Assembly: GCA_051532055.1 (NCBI GenBank)
Contig: JAOPTX010000015.1
Span: forward strand, 149,047 to 213,046
Length of the DNA stretch: 64,000 bases
Source: Fibrobacterales bacterium
GTDB taxonomy: Bacteria; Fibrobacterota; Fibrobacteria; Fibrobacterales; JAOPTW01
Reading direction: 5' to 3'
Below the pieces are notes generated by a model. It was not told where the DNA came from. It was given only the letters and a program-made list of their open reading frames with translations, and searched no databases. Position numbers and translations under genes: made by a program. Each line of letters starts with the position of its first letter. Position 1 is the stretch's first letter. Positions 9,629 to 19,920 of this stretch are shown here, in pieces.

Positions 9629-12600
9629 TGTCACAGAAGATCACTGATCCAAATCCAGGTCTTATTGGGAACCTTATCCGTTTTAGTTTAGAGAAAAAAC
9701 TGATAGTTTTTATTGTGTTGTTGGGTGTATTGTTTGCAGGGTTTTCGACAGCCCCTTTTGATTGGAATCTAGCGGGGCTTCCCCGCTCTCCTATCCCTGT
9801 AGATGCCATTCCTGATATCGGTGAAAACCAGCAAATTGTATTTACTAACTGGAATGGTCGATCACCGCAGGATGTTGAGGATCAAATTACCTATCCATTG
9901 ACAGTACAGTTGATGGGGGTGCCGGGCGTTAAAACAATTCGGTCGTACTCATATTTTGGGTTTTCTAGTATCTATGTGATTTTTAAAGAAGATGTTGAGT
10001 TTTATTGGTCTCGAAGTAGAATCCTTGAAAAATTGAGCAGTCTTCCCGCAGGGGTTCTCCCATCGGGAGTCCAACCGGCATTGGGGCCTGATGCGACGGC
10101 ATTAGGCCAGGTCTACTGGTATACCCTTGAGGGACTCGATTCTGAAGGAAAACCCACCGGTGGATGGGATCTCGACGAACTACGAAGTATCAATGATTTT
10201 TATGTGCGTTATGCGCTTCAGAGCGTTGAGGGAGTTGCAGAAGTGGCTGCCGCAGGTGGCATGGTTCGGGAGTATCAAATAGATATAGATCCCGATAAGT
10301 TACGTCATTATGATATTAGTATAGAGCAGGTGTATAAGGCTGTATCAGAATCTAATCAAGATGTTGGAGCTCGTACAGTTGAAATTAATCGCATGGAGTA
10401 TGTAATTCGCGGTAAGGGAAATGTACGGAATATTGATGACCTTAAGGCGACCGTTATTAAAGACCATGATAATCATCCGGTGTATCTCGAACAAGTAGCC
10501 CATGTATATCTGGGCCCCGCTCCACGGAGAGGGGCACTTGATAAAGGAGGTGCTGACGTGACGGGTGGTGTGGTCGTCGTTCGGTATGGTGACAATCCAC
10601 TCGAGGCCATAAAGGGGATTGAGGCAAAAATTGCAGAAATCGCAGCCGGGCTTCCTCAAAGAGTTCTTGATGATGGCACTATAAGTAAAGTGAGTGTCGT
10701 TCCCTTTTATAATAGGGCAGGTCTTATTTATGAGACGCTAGATACCTTAAGTAGCGCCCTCAGTGAAGAAATATTAATTACGGTGATTGTTATTTTATTT
10801 ATGCTCGGTCATCTTAGGTCAAGTATTGTGATTTCATTACTGCTCCCAGCAGCGGTGCTCGCCTGTTTTGTAGCTATGAAGCTCTTTGGGGTTGATGCGA
10901 ATGTGGTGGCCTTGTCAGGGATTGCAATTGCTATCGGCACAATGGTGGATATGGGGATTATAATATCTGAAAATATCGTTATCCATTTACAGCAGGCTTC
11001 AGAAAAAGATTCAAAAGTAATGGTTGTCTATCGGGCAACTAAAGAGGTTGCAGGAGCAGTTGTTACAGCGGTAGCCACAACAATCATCAGCTTTATACCC
11101 GTGTTTACAATGACCGCAGCTGAGGGTAAACTTTTTAAACCCCTTGCATTTACCAAAACATTCGCTCTTGGAGGGGCGCTTGCATTATCCCTATTTGTTA
11201 TCCCGCCCCTCGCAGTACTTCTGTTTAAAAAAGGCAAAGAGTTTTCAACAAAACGGCAGGAGCGTAATAATAAATGGTTTCTTCGAGGGTTATTAGTACT
11301 GGCAACAGTAGTGCTCTCTCATCATTGGTTGCCACTTGGTCCTGAATTCGGGGAATTTTTAAATCTTCTTTTTGTTTCGCTTTTACTCTTTGGAGTACTG
11401 TGGCTAATTCAGTTGTTTATAAAATATTACCCTCATATGTTGGGATGGTGCTTGGAGCATAAAGTGTTATTTTTATCGGCTCCAATTTTGATTCTAATAA
11501 TGGCAGGAAATATTTGGCGAACTACGGGAAATGAATTTATGCCTGCCCTCGATGAAGGCTCATATTTACTTATGCCTACCACTATGCCACACGCTGGGTT
11601 TGAAGAGGCTCAAGAACAACTTGCCCTTCTCGATCAGATGATAGAAACTGTTCCAGAGGTTGAAATGGCGGTGGGTAAACTAGGTCGGGCAGAGACATCT
11701 CTCGATCCGGCACCTACCTCCATGTATGAGATTGTAATTAATTATAAAAATGAGTATGGGGTTGATAGTACAGGGGGGAGGGTGCGCCAATGGCGAGATC
11801 ATATCAAGTCTCCTGATGATATCTGGAATGAAATTGTTAAAGTAACTAAGATTCCGGGGGTAACCTCTGCGCCAAAATTGATGCCTATTGCAGCGCGCAT
11901 TGTGATGCTACAAAGTGGTATGCGTGCCCCGATGGGCTTAAAAGTAAAGGGTCCAAATCTTCAATCTATTGAAGCGTTTGGGATGAAGGTTGAAAAATAT
12001 TTGAAAGATGTTGAAGGAGTTGAACCTGCCACAGTCATTGCAGATAGAATAGTAGGGAAGCCTTATTTAGAATTTGATATTGACCGCAGAAAAGCTGCGC
12101 GTTTTGGACTCTCTATAAAGCAGATTCAAATGACTTTAATGACGGCTCTTGGAGGAAGAACTGCTTCTTATACGGTAGAGGGGCGTGAGCGTTATCCCAT
12201 TCGCATCCGTTATATGAGGGAAAAAAGAGATGATTTAGATGCTATGCGTGGCCTACTTATTCGAACTTCACGGGGGGTACAAGTACCTATTTCTCAAGTT
12301 GCAACAATTAATTTTAGTAGAGGTCCCATGGTGATAAAAAGTGAAGATGGCTTTTTGGTGGGATATGTGGTCTTTGATAAAGAGTCTGGGTTGGCTGAAA
12401 CAGAGGTAGTAGAATCGGCTCAATCTCATCTGCAGCATCTTATAGACAATGGGACATTGTCAGTCCCTGATGGCGTCAGTTATGTTTTTACGGGTAATTA
12501 TGAGAATCAGCTCAGAGCTAAAAAGACTCTTTCTGTCGTCCTGCCCATTGCCCTTCTTGTTATACTGCTCATTCTCTATCTACAGTTTGGGAGTTTCTCA

Positions 12601-13092
12601 ACAACGCTAATGATTTTTAGTGGGATTTTGGTGGCTTGGGCAGGTGGTTTTTTACTGATTGGTCTGTATAACACTGAATGGTTTTTAAACTTCTCTCTTT
12701 TTGGAGTCGATTTTCGTGAACTTTTTCAGATTCGAACGGTAAATCTATCTGTTGCTGTGTGGGTTGGATTCATAGCGCTGTTTGGTGTCGCCTCTGATAA
12801 TGGGGTAGTTATCAGTGAATACCTTAAACAGAAGTTTTCAAAACAAAAAGCAAATAATAAGCAAGAGGTGCGGAAGTTAGTGATTGAGGCGGCGACGAGA
12901 CGTATCAGACCTTGTCTTATGACTACTGCCACAACGCTCCTTGCCCTCATTCCTGTCCTTACAAGTACAGGGCGAGGCTCTGATATTATGCTTCCTATGT
13001 CTATACCGTCATTTGGTGGTATGTTAGTTGTCATTATAAGTGTATTTGTGGTGCCAGTTCTCTATTCAATCAAGGAAGAGAGAAAGGTTTAA
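9628..13092 (+). CDS. cusA: CusA/CzcA-family heavy-metal RND efflux permease (probably Cu/Ag)
   Basis: DAIPDIGENQQIVFT, PQDVEDQITYPLT, GIAIAIGTMVD, EFMPALDEG, RIRPCLMT. Confidence 0.92.
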   Translation: MSQKITDPNPGLIGNLIRFSLEKKLIVFIVLLGVLFAGFSTAPFDWNLAGLPRSPIPVDAIPDIGENQQIVFTNWNGRSPQDVEDQITYPLTVQLMGVPGVKTIRSYSYFGFSSIYVIFKEDVEFYWSRSRILEKLSSLPAGVLPSGVQPALGPDATALGQVYWYTLEGLDSEGKPTGGWDLDELRSINDFYVRYALQSVEGVAEVAAAGGMVREYQIDIDPDKLRHYDISIEQVYKAVSESNQDVGARTVEINRMEYVIRGKGNVRNIDDLKATVIKDHDNHPVYLEQVAHVYLGPAPRRGALDKGGADVTGGVVVVRYGDNPLEAIKGIEAKIAEIAAGLPQRVLDDGTISKVSVVPFYNRAGLIYETLDTLSSALSEEILITVIVILFMLGHLRSSIVISLLLPAAVLACFVAMKLFGVDANVVALSGIAIAIGTMVDMGIIISENIVIHLQQASEKDSKVMVVYRATKEVAGAVVTAVATTIISFIPVFTMTAAEGKLFKPLAFTKTFALGGALALSLFVIPPLAVLLFKKGKEFSTKRQERNNKWFLRGLLVLATVVLSHHWLPLGPEFGEFLNLLFVSLLLFGVLWLIQLFIKYYPHMLGWCLEHKVLFLSAPILILIMAGNIWRTTGNEFMPALDEGSYLLMPTTMPHAGFEEAQEQLALLDQMIETVPEVEMAVGKLGRAETSLDPAPTSMYEIVINYKNEYGVDSTGGRVRQWRDHIKSPDDIWNEIVKVTKIPGVTSAPKLMPIAARIVMLQSGMRAPMGLKVKGPNLQSIEAFGMKVEKYLKDVEGVEPATVIADRIVGKPYLEFDIDRRKAARFGLSIKQIQMTLMTALGGRTASYTVEGRERYPIRIRYMREKRDDLDAMRGLLIRTSRGVQVPISQVATINFSRGPMVIKSEDGFLVGYVVFDKESGLAETEVVESAQSHLQHLIDNGTLSVPDGVSYVFTGNYENQLRAKKTLSVVLPIALLVILLILYLQFGSFSTTLMIFSGILVAWAGGFLLIGLYNTEWFLNFSLFGVDFRELFQIRTVNLSVAVWVGFIALFGVASDNGVVISEYLKQKFSKQKANNKQEVRKLVIEAATRRIRPCLMTTATTLLALIPVLTSTGRGSDIMLPMSIPSFGGMLVVIISVFVVPVLYSIKEERKV

Positions 13093-13201
13093 TTGCACAA
13101 CAGGGCTCTAGTTAAAGCGGAAGATTAAAAAGCGACCCACTTTTTTCCGTTCTGGATAGTTCCTTTTCTATATTGAAAGTGAATTATTGATTGAGGCTCA
13201 T

Positions 13202-14227
13202 ATGAAAATTGTAGCAGTTGTGTTGTTGGGTGTTATAACACTCTTTTCCGCTGAGGTTTCATTTAAAAACCCTGATATCAAAACACGTTATTCTAAAAAG
13301 CTTCAAGAACGAATCAACTCTGGTGATGAATTATTACAAGAGTTTAACGGTGACGGGGAGTTTGAGGCACTATTACAGGCACATCCTGAATTGTGGGTCA
13401 TTACTAACCTAAAAGATAGTATCGAACTTGCAACCTCTCTCAAGCTTGATTTGGTCTACATTGATGGTATTAATGAAGAGTCAATGTGTACTATACGGCG
13501 ACCTGAGTCAATTGATACTCGTATGGTATGGGATGTAGAACTGGGTGTTGACTTTATATCTGGTGGTGCTAGTATAATACCTGAACATATAAAGATCTGT
13601 TTTGAAAAGATCAAATCTGAGGTGGGGTATGCTTATTATAATGATAAAAAAGAGATTGTAAAAGTGCTTCCTGAGCAAATAGCAAATGATCTTGAAGTGT
13701 ACAGAGTGGCAGGAGATATTGCTGAAGATTTACAACTCAAGGTACTGGCTATTCAAAAAGAGTTTATTACAACCACAAAGTGCCCACAAAACATTGAGTC
13801 TTATTTGGTTCTCATGGATATTTATGAGCAAGTTGACACCTTAATACAAGATATTTTCCAAGCAGAGAACGACCTAAGTGTTGTAAAAAATGGTGGGAAA
13901 AAAGTTACTGCATGCGCTTTCAGCAAACAGTGGAATGAACAATACTCAGAAGATTTCGATGTTACTTGTAATATTACTGACAACAGCTGTATCATTACTC
14001 AAAGCGAAGATGGCAGACGTGAGTGGGTGATGAATTTTGACCAGAATACCTTTGAATTTCAAGGAGAGAGTATTCTCTTTATTCCCATAGGAGATCAGAG
14101 TATTCATGATGGAGGGCAAGTTATGGATCTTAGATTAATACCGTTATCGCAGAATCTCTATATTGAAGCGTATTTGAGTAAGGACAAAAAACCGGTTTCG
14201 CTTGGGCTTCTGACAATAGAAAAATAA
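13202..14227 (+). CDS. Secreted hypothetical protein
   Basis: ATG 13202 after GAGG; signal peptide MKIVAVVLLGVITLFSA; no recognised domain. Confidence 0.75.
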   Translation: MKIVAVVLLGVITLFSAEVSFKNPDIKTRYSKKLQERINSGDELLQEFNGDGEFEALLQAHPELWVITNLKDSIELATSLKLDLVYIDGINEESMCTIRRPESIDTRMVWDVELGVDFISGGASIIPEHIKICFEKIKSEVGYAYYNDKKEIVKVLPEQIANDLEVYRVAGDIAEDLQLKVLAIQKEFITTTKCPQNIESYLVLMDIYEQVDTLIQDIFQAENDLSVVKNGGKKVTACAFSKQWNEQYSEDFDVTCNITDNSCIITQSEDGRREWVMNFDQNTFEFQGESILFIPIGDQSIHDGGQVMDLRLIPLSQNLYIEAYLSKDKKPVSLGLLTIEK

Positions 14228-14264
14228 AAAAGTCCCAGCTCTCATTGAGAGCTGGGACTTTTTT
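14226..14264. terminator. Bidirectional Rho-independent terminator between convergent genes
   Basis: AAAAAAGTCCCAGCTCTC-att-GAGAGCTGGGACTTTTTT. Confidence 0.92.
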
Positions 14265-14279
14265 ATTAAATGTTTGATT

Positions 14280-14783
14280 TTAAGTCTCTTCACTTCCTCG
14301 AGCCATGATTACTTTACCAGTGCGAATATATTCAACGATATTGAATTTTTCACAGAGCTCTTTCATAGAATCGATTTTTTCTGAATCACCCGTTACCTGA
14401 ATAATGGCGGAATCGGGAGTCATGTCAACAGTCATCGCTTTGAAGTGTTGGATGATTTGTAAGAGTTCAGTTCTGTGTTCTGGTGGGCACTTGATTTTGA
14501 TAAGCGCAAGCTCTTTTTCAACGATATCATCACCAGTGTGGTCATTTGCATGCAACACATCAACAAGTTTTTGTAATTGCTTGATAATTTGTTCAAGAAT
14601 ATCTGGATTACCACGAGCGACGATATTCATTCGAGCAAATCGTTCCTCTTTTGAGGGGGATACGACTAGTGAGTCTATGTTATAACCGCGACGTGAAAAT
14701 ACCAATGCGATACGAACGAGAGCGCCGGGTCTGTTTTCAACCAGTAAACTAATAGAGTGAGCGGGGTGTTTGTTGTAGGGCAT
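14280..14783 (-). CDS. ilvN: Acetolactate synthase small (regulatory) subunit
   Basis: ISLLVENRPGAL..I..VFSRRGYNIDSL ACT domain; KELALIK; IRTG. Confidence 0.95.
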   Translation of the reverse strand: MPYNKHPAHSISLLVENRPGALVRIALVFSRRGYNIDSLVVSPSKEERFARMNIVARGNPDILEQIIKQLQKLVDVLHANDHTGDDIVEKELALIKIKCPPEHRTELLQIIQHFKAMTVDMTPDSAIIQVTGDSEKIDSMKELCEKFNIVEYIRTGKVIMARGSEET

Positions 14784-16498
14784 TAGGTGCTCCCAGTTGG
14801 TTTTTCAAGTTTTACTTTTGGTGCTTCTGTCATCATGCTAGAATAGGGGGCGCCAGCAGGAATCATCGGGAAGACATTTGCTTCTTTTTCTACTTCACAG
14901 TGAATAAGAACAGGACCTTCATTAAAATCGAGTGCTCGTTCAATAATTTTTTCTACGTCAGCGGCGCGTTTTAGTTTCAATGCTTTAATTCCATAGGCTT
15001 CTGCAAGTTTGCAAAAGTCAGGATTGTCAGAGAGGTCAACACCTGAATAGCGTTTGTCATAAAACATATCCTGCCACTGGCGTACCATACCGAGAAACTT
15101 ATTATCCATTACAAATACTTTAACGGGTATTTTTTCACGAGCAATGGTTGCAAGCTCCATAAGGGTCATCTGAAAGCCGCCATCACCGACAATGGCAATG
15201 GCAGTTCTGTTTGGATTGCCGACAGCCGCACCAATGAGGGCGGGAAATCCATAGCCCATTGTGCCAGCGCCGCCTGAGGTAATACAGCATCGAGGGGTGT
15301 TGTGAGTGTAAAACTGTGCAGTCCACATTTGGTGTTGACCTACATCAGTTGCAACAATGGCTTCGCCTGAAGTTTTTTGATGCAGAACATCGATAATGTG
15401 CTGCATTTTTAGTCCACCCTGTTTTTTATAGTGGAGTGGGAATTTTCTCTTCCAGCCGGTTATTTGCTTGAGCCATTTTGTTGTATCAGCCTTAACTATT
15501 AATGGTGTTAATTCTTCTAGTACTTGTTTTGCGTCTCCAATGATTGAGACATCGGGTGTGAGGATTTTGCCAATTTCAGCAGGGTCAATGTCGATATGGA
15601 TTTTAACGGCATCTTTACAGAATTCATCAAGTTTTCCAGTGATGCGATCGTCCCATCGTGAACCAATAGACATAATAAGGTCACACTCTTCAACAGCTTT
15701 GTTGGCATAAGCGGTTCCATGCATGCCGAGCATTCCAAGCGATAAGGAGTTTGAACCAGCTATAGCACCAGCTCCAAGAAGAGTGTTGGTAACAGGAGAT
15801 TGTAATTTCTCCGCAAACTCGGTTACCTGTTTCGAAGCGTCAGAAATTATACATCCTTGGCCAGCTAATATTACTGGGCGTTTTGCCTTTGAAAGGAGTT
15901 CAGCTGCTTTGCGAATTGCGCTTTCATCACCCTTTTCAGGAATAGAATAACCAGGGAGGTCAATGGTGGCATCAATAGGATTTGTGCAGAGCCCTGTCGC
16001 TACATCTTTAGGGACGTCAATTAATACAGGGCCTGGGCGGCCTGTCTTTGCAATATAGAAACTCTCTTTAACTACTTTCGCAAGCTCATTTACATTTTTA
16101 ACGAGAAAGGAATGTTTCACACAAGCAAAACTCATTCCAGAGATGTCGCTTTCTTGAAATGCATCTTTTCCAAGTTGCGAGGTTATGGTTTGGCCACTAA
16201 TTACAACTATAGGGACTGAGTCCATGTGTGCAGTGTAGATGCCAGTTAATGTATTTGTCGCTCCTGGGCCGGAGGTTACAAGAACAGCACCTGGCTTCCC
16301 TGTTGCACGCGCATACCCATCTGCCATATGCACAGCAGATTGTTCATGACGAACAAGGATAAGTTGTATTGTTGAATCGAGTAATGCGTCAAAAAGAGGT
16401 ATTGCTGCACCTCCAGGGTAGGCGAATACGCATTCAACACCCTCTTTTTTTAGAGAGTCGATAATGATTTCTGCGCCACTTAGATATTTTTTTGCCAT
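14783..16498 (-). CDS. ilvB: Acetolactate synthase large subunit
   Basis: FAYPGGA, VRHEQ, TSGPGATN, DVGQHQMW, GDGGFQM; likely start MAKKYLSGAE at 16498 (ORF extends to 16540). Confidence 0.96.
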   Translation of the reverse strand: MAKKYLSGAEIIIDSLKKEGVECVFAYPGGAAIPLFDALLDSTIQLILVRHEQSAVHMADGYARATGKPGAVLVTSGPGATNTLTGIYTAHMDSVPIVVISGQTITSQLGKDAFQESDISGMSFACVKHSFLVKNVNELAKVVKESFYIAKTGRPGPVLIDVPKDVATGLCTNPIDATIDLPGYSIPEKGDESAIRKAAELLSKAKRPVILAGQGCIISDASKQVTEFAEKLQSPVTNTLLGAGAIAGSNSLSLGMLGMHGTAYANKAVEECDLIMSIGSRWDDRITGKLDEFCKDAVKIHIDIDPAEIGKILTPDVSIIGDAKQVLEELTPLIVKADTTKWLKQITGWKRKFPLHYKKQGGLKMQHIIDVLHQKTSGEAIVATDVGQHQMWTAQFYTHNTPRCCITSGGAGTMGYGFPALIGAAVGNPNRTAIAIVGDGGFQMTLMELATIAREKIPVKVFVMDNKFLGMVRQWQDMFYDKRYSGVDLSDNPDFCKLAEAYGIKALKLKRAADVEKIIERALDFNEGPVLIHCEVEKEANVFPMIPAGAPYSSMMTEAPKVKLEKPTGST

Positions 16499-16956
16499 TT
16501 TTAAGGTCACCCATTGTTTGTGATTGGTAAAATGTACCAAATATTAGGGTAAAAGCCAAAAGATTGATTCATTTGTTTAGTTGTTTTGAGTGAAATTCCT
16601 TGTATTTTGTTTAAGTGGCGGTTTAGAGCAGCGCCCGTGTTGATAAAATGGCCATATTTTAGTTAAGTTGTTCTTTGTTGGTGTGGCTTTGTTATTTTGG
16701 TTAGTTTGGCTGTTCGCAGTTTGTTCTCGGTGTAAAAAATACGCAATGTGGGTAAAAGTGTAAAAATAGACTTGTATCCTAGCGATAAATAATGTTGTTT
16801 TGTGAAACACAATAAATAATTGCCCTGTTTCTCTAAAAAATGAGGAACAAGGGGGGATTGTTTACACATAGGAAAAGTAATTTGCGTTTTTTTATTATAT
16901 ATAATGAGAACGTTAAAACATCATACAACAACACTGATATATAACAGGAGAAATAA

Positions 16957-17580
16957 ATGGGTATTATTCTTAAAGGTTTTGGCTTGGATCAATCCGGATG
17001 GGGCTTCATGTGGGCAATTGCAATCATGGGTGGTCTTGCACTGGGTCTTACAGTAGAGAGATTTTACTACATAGTGATTAAGTCTGGCAAAGGCAGAAAA
17101 GAGTTTATGAAAAATATTGCCGGAATGCTAAAATCTGAAAAAGTATCCGAAGCTATTAACTATGCAAAAACATCAGAGCTTCCATTAGCAAAATGTATTT
17201 ATGCTGTGTTGTCTAACAAAGATCGTGGTGAGAAAGGGATGACTAAAGCACTTGATGAAGTATTCCTTACTGAAGCTCCAAGGGTTAATCGTTATTTAAG
17301 TGTTCTGATGACTCTTGCAAATGTTGCAACACTCGTGGGTCTTATTGGTACTATTTTTGGTCTAATCATGGCGTTTGATGCGGTAGCGAATTTACCTGCA
17401 GCTGAGAGACCAACCGCACTTGCAAATGGTATTGCAGTAGCGATGAATACTACCTTCTGCGGACTATTTGTGGCTATTCCACTCATGTTTGCTCAGGGAT
17501 ATTTTTCAATGGAATCTGAAAGAATAATTGAAGAAATGGAAGAAAAATCACTGAAAGTTATCAATCTGTTTGATAAATAG
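16957..17580 (+). CDS. MotA/TolQ/ExbB proton-channel subunit (AglR-like)
   Basis: ATLVGLIGTIFGLI and GIAVAMNTTFCGL TM motifs; AGGAG RBS. Confidence 0.92.
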   Translation: MGIILKGFGLDQSGWGFMWAIAIMGGLALGLTVERFYYIVIKSGKGRKEFMKNIAGMLKSEKVSEAINYAKTSELPLAKCIYAVLSNKDRGEKGMTKALDEVFLTEAPRVNRYLSVLMTLANVATLVGLIGTIFGLIMAFDAVANLPAAERPTALANGIAVAMNTTFCGLFVAIPLMFAQGYFSMESERIIEEMEEKSLKVINLFDK

Positions 17581-17620
17581 AAACTATCAAATTATTGATT
17601 AACCTTTTCAAGGATTGTCC

Positions 17621-18421
17621 ATGTCGAGAAAAAGAAAAAAGATAAAAGCAGATGATCTCGATCTGTTGCCGGTAATGAATCTCTTTTCGATTCTAATTCC
17701 GTTTTTGCTTTCAGTTGCTGTTTTTCAAAAAATGGCAATTGTTGAAGTAAATATGCCATCGAGATCTATAATGAATAATGCCCCCAATAAACCCGATGAT
17801 CAATCATTATCATTAACGGTAGCTATTACTGGAAATGGATTGGAATTGTGGGCTCGGGGTGGTTCTTTGCCGAAAATTTATACGAAGGAGATGCATACAT
17901 ACAGATGTAAGTCTGATGAAAGCTCTTTTCGTGTTGATCCGGCTAAATTTAGCGAACAAAATCCTGTGAAGTGTAAAAGTGGCGATGTTGCTTCGAAATA
18001 CGAGATAGAGACTATACATCTCTATGGTCTTGAAAAAACATCTGAAAAAGATCCAGGTAAAATAATGAAAGCAGTATACAATAGTAACGACTCTGTTATT
18101 ATTGACCAAACTGCAAATTTTATTCAACGACTTGACACTCTTAAGGTAGGAGATATTGTAGCTACCCTTGAAGAGGGATCAGGCCGAAAGGCTGACGCTG
18201 AAATAATGAGCGGTTTTCGTGAAGATTATCTCTCGGGTTATGATATGCTCGCTAAGACGTTAATTGGTATTAACAATCGATTTGGTGACCTGCCTGATGC
18301 ACAAAATATAATTGTACTTGCAGATGATAAAATCGTGTTCGATAAAGTAATCAATGTTATGGATGTTGCTCGTGAAGCTGGCTTTTTTAAGATCCAACTT
18401 GCTAAATTGGGAGGGAGCTAA
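17621..18421 (+). CDS. ExbD/TolR-family protein with large periplasmic insertion; TM Asp replaced by Asn
   Basis: LDLLPVMNLFSILIPFLL TM; C-terminal IVLADDKIVFDKVINVMDVAREAGF; ATG 17621 after AAGGA. Confidence 0.85.
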   Translation: MSRKRKKIKADDLDLLPVMNLFSILIPFLLSVAVFQKMAIVEVNMPSRSIMNNAPNKPDDQSLSLTVAITGNGLELWARGGSLPKIYTKEMHTYRCKSDESSFRVDPAKFSEQNPVKCKSGDVASKYEIETIHLYGLEKTSEKDPGKIMKAVYNSNDSVIIDQTANFIQRLDTLKVGDIVATLEEGSGRKADAEIMSGFREDYLSGYDMLAKTLIGINNRFGDLPDAQNIIVLADDKIVFDKVINVMDVAREAGFFKIQLAKLGGS

Positions 18422-18921
18422 TGGCACGTATGGGTAGAACCTATGGTGAAAAAGAGCAAAAGCTTAATATCACCTCTATGATGGACGCATTTACAATTGT
18501 ACTTGTGTTTCTTCTCAAATCATTTGCTGCAGAAGGTAACCTTCTTACTCAAGCTGACAATATGAAACTTCCCTATTCTGTTTCTCAGAAACAACCAACA
18601 GAAGTATCTCTTTTGATTGTTGTTGACTCTGATCAGGTTCTTATTGATAACGTTCCCGTTATTGAAACGAAATTAGTTCGTGCTCAAGATTCACTTCTTG
18701 TAGCTCCAATGGTCGAAGAACTGAAAAAGAAGCGCGATGCTGAAAAGAAAGCTGCGTTAATCAGGGGCGATGATGGTGATGGCGAAGAAGGTGGTAAAGT
18801 TATCGTACAGCTCGATAAAAATACAGAGTATGACATTATGTACAAAGTAATGGCGACTTGTGGATTTGCAGAATATAATAATGTGGCCTTTGCAGTAGTG
18901 CAGAGAACACCAGGAGATTAA
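18421..18921 (+). CDS. ExbD/TolR-family protein (AglS-like)
   Basis: LNITSMMDAFTIVLVFLLKSF; DKNTEYDIMYKVMATCGFAEY. Confidence 0.9.
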   Translation: MARMGRTYGEKEQKLNITSMMDAFTIVLVFLLKSFAAEGNLLTQADNMKLPYSVSQKQPTEVSLLIVVDSDQVLIDNVPVIETKLVRAQDSLLVAPMVEELKKKRDAEKKAALIRGDDGDGEEGGKVIVQLDKNTEYDIMYKVMATCGFAEYNNVAFAVVQRTPGD

Positions 18922-18932
18922 CAGGAGAACCA

Positions 18933-19880
18933 ATGACTAAAAATGATCCTAAAAATAATAAGGTAAAAGAAGTCGACAGGTTTACCGAAGCCCTGATGCC
19001 TGAGTCAGACGAAAGGGTGTATAAGTTTTCTGTTGTCTTTATAATTATTTCTTTAATCGCTTCTGCGCTATTTACAACTATTGTAATTGTTCCTGAAATT
19101 ATTCTCGCTAAGGAAACTGCCGAAATTGAAGCAGTTATGAAGATCGAGGAAAAAAAGAAGGAAGAGAAAAAAGAAGAGAAAAAGAAAAAAGCGAAGAAGA
19201 AACGCAAAAAGACCGGTGGTGGTGGTAAAAAACGCGGCAAGGGGACTCCAAATGCTCCGCAAAGTCGTGGTGTATTAAAGTTGTTAACCTCACGTACTAC
19301 AAAATCGGGCTTTAGTGCTTATTCGCTTATGAAAAACAAGAGCTTTGCTAAAGATATCAACAAGGTTCTTAAGAATGTTGCAGGTCTTCAAAAGACTGGA
19401 AAAACCAAATTGGGTGGTCGTCGAGGTAAAAAAACCTCTAAGTTTAATGACGGGTATGCGGAAGGTGGATCTGGTGGTATTGGAGATATGCTGAGTGGAC
19501 TTCTTGGTGGGGGCGGCGGTGCTGTTTCTACTGGAGCTAAAGGTAAATTCAGAGCGCCAAGTAGCTCGGATATTGATATGGGTCAAGGAGGGGGCAACCG
19601 TTCTAAGTCATCTATCATGCGAGTTGTGAGAAGTCGTTCTCCTGGTCTGCGTCATATTTATAATAAATACCTTAAAAAGCATCCTGGCTTTGCTGGTAAA
19701 GTAAATTTGAATTTCACTATTGCCCCAAGCGGCAAAATCATTAAGATTAAAATAGTGGGATCCTCTACAGGGGTTAAAGCCTTTGACAATGAGGTTAAAA
19801 ACAAAGTACGTCGTTGGAAATTCGAAAGAATTAAATCGGGTAACTGTACGATTACGCTTCCCTTTGCTTTCTCTGAATAG
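18933..19880 (+). CDS. TonB-like energy transducer with AgmX/PglI(GltG)-type C-terminal domain
   Basis: Single TM, Lys/Glu-rich and Gly-rich linker, C-terminal LRHIYNKYLKKHPGFAGKVNLNFTIAPSG...VRRWKF...TITLPFAF. Confidence 0.85.
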   Translation: MTKNDPKNNKVKEVDRFTEALMPESDERVYKFSVVFIIISLIASALFTTIVIVPEIILAKETAEIEAVMKIEEKKKEEKKEEKKKKAKKKRKKTGGGGKKRGKGTPNAPQSRGVLKLLTSRTTKSGFSAYSLMKNKSFAKDINKVLKNVAGLQKTGKTKLGGRRGKKTSKFNDGYAEGGSGGIGDMLSGLLGGGGGAVSTGAKGKFRAPSSSDIDMGQGGGNRSKSSIMRVVRSRSPGLRHIYNKYLKKHPGFAGKVNLNFTIAPSGKIIKIKIVGSSTGVKAFDNEVKNKVRRWKFERIKSGNCTITLPFAFSE

Positions 19881-19888
19881 CAAATTTT

Positions 19889-19920
19889 AGAGCCGGCTTA
19901 TTCAAGCCGGCTCTTTTTTT
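19889..19920 (+). terminator. Rho-independent terminator
   Basis: AGAGCCGGCTT-attc-AAGCCGGCTCT followed by a T-run. Confidence 0.9.

Noticed and set aside
6195..14230. Genomic island integrated at tRNA-Ala
   Set aside because: No integrase and no duplicated tRNA 3' end (att site) found by eye.
16621..16655. GTTTAGAGCA resembles the start of a Cas9-type CRISPR repeat
   Set aside because: Single occurrence, no repeat-spacer periodicity and no cas genes in the window.
16577..16869. Short ORFs upstream of ilvB as an attenuator leader peptide
   Set aside because: No Ile/Leu/Val codon run and no terminator/antiterminator pair seen; probably a divergent promoter region.
19143..19240. A-rich low-complexity tract as a possible phase-variation site
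   Set aside because: It is explained by the in-frame Lys/Glu-rich linker of the TonB-like protein.
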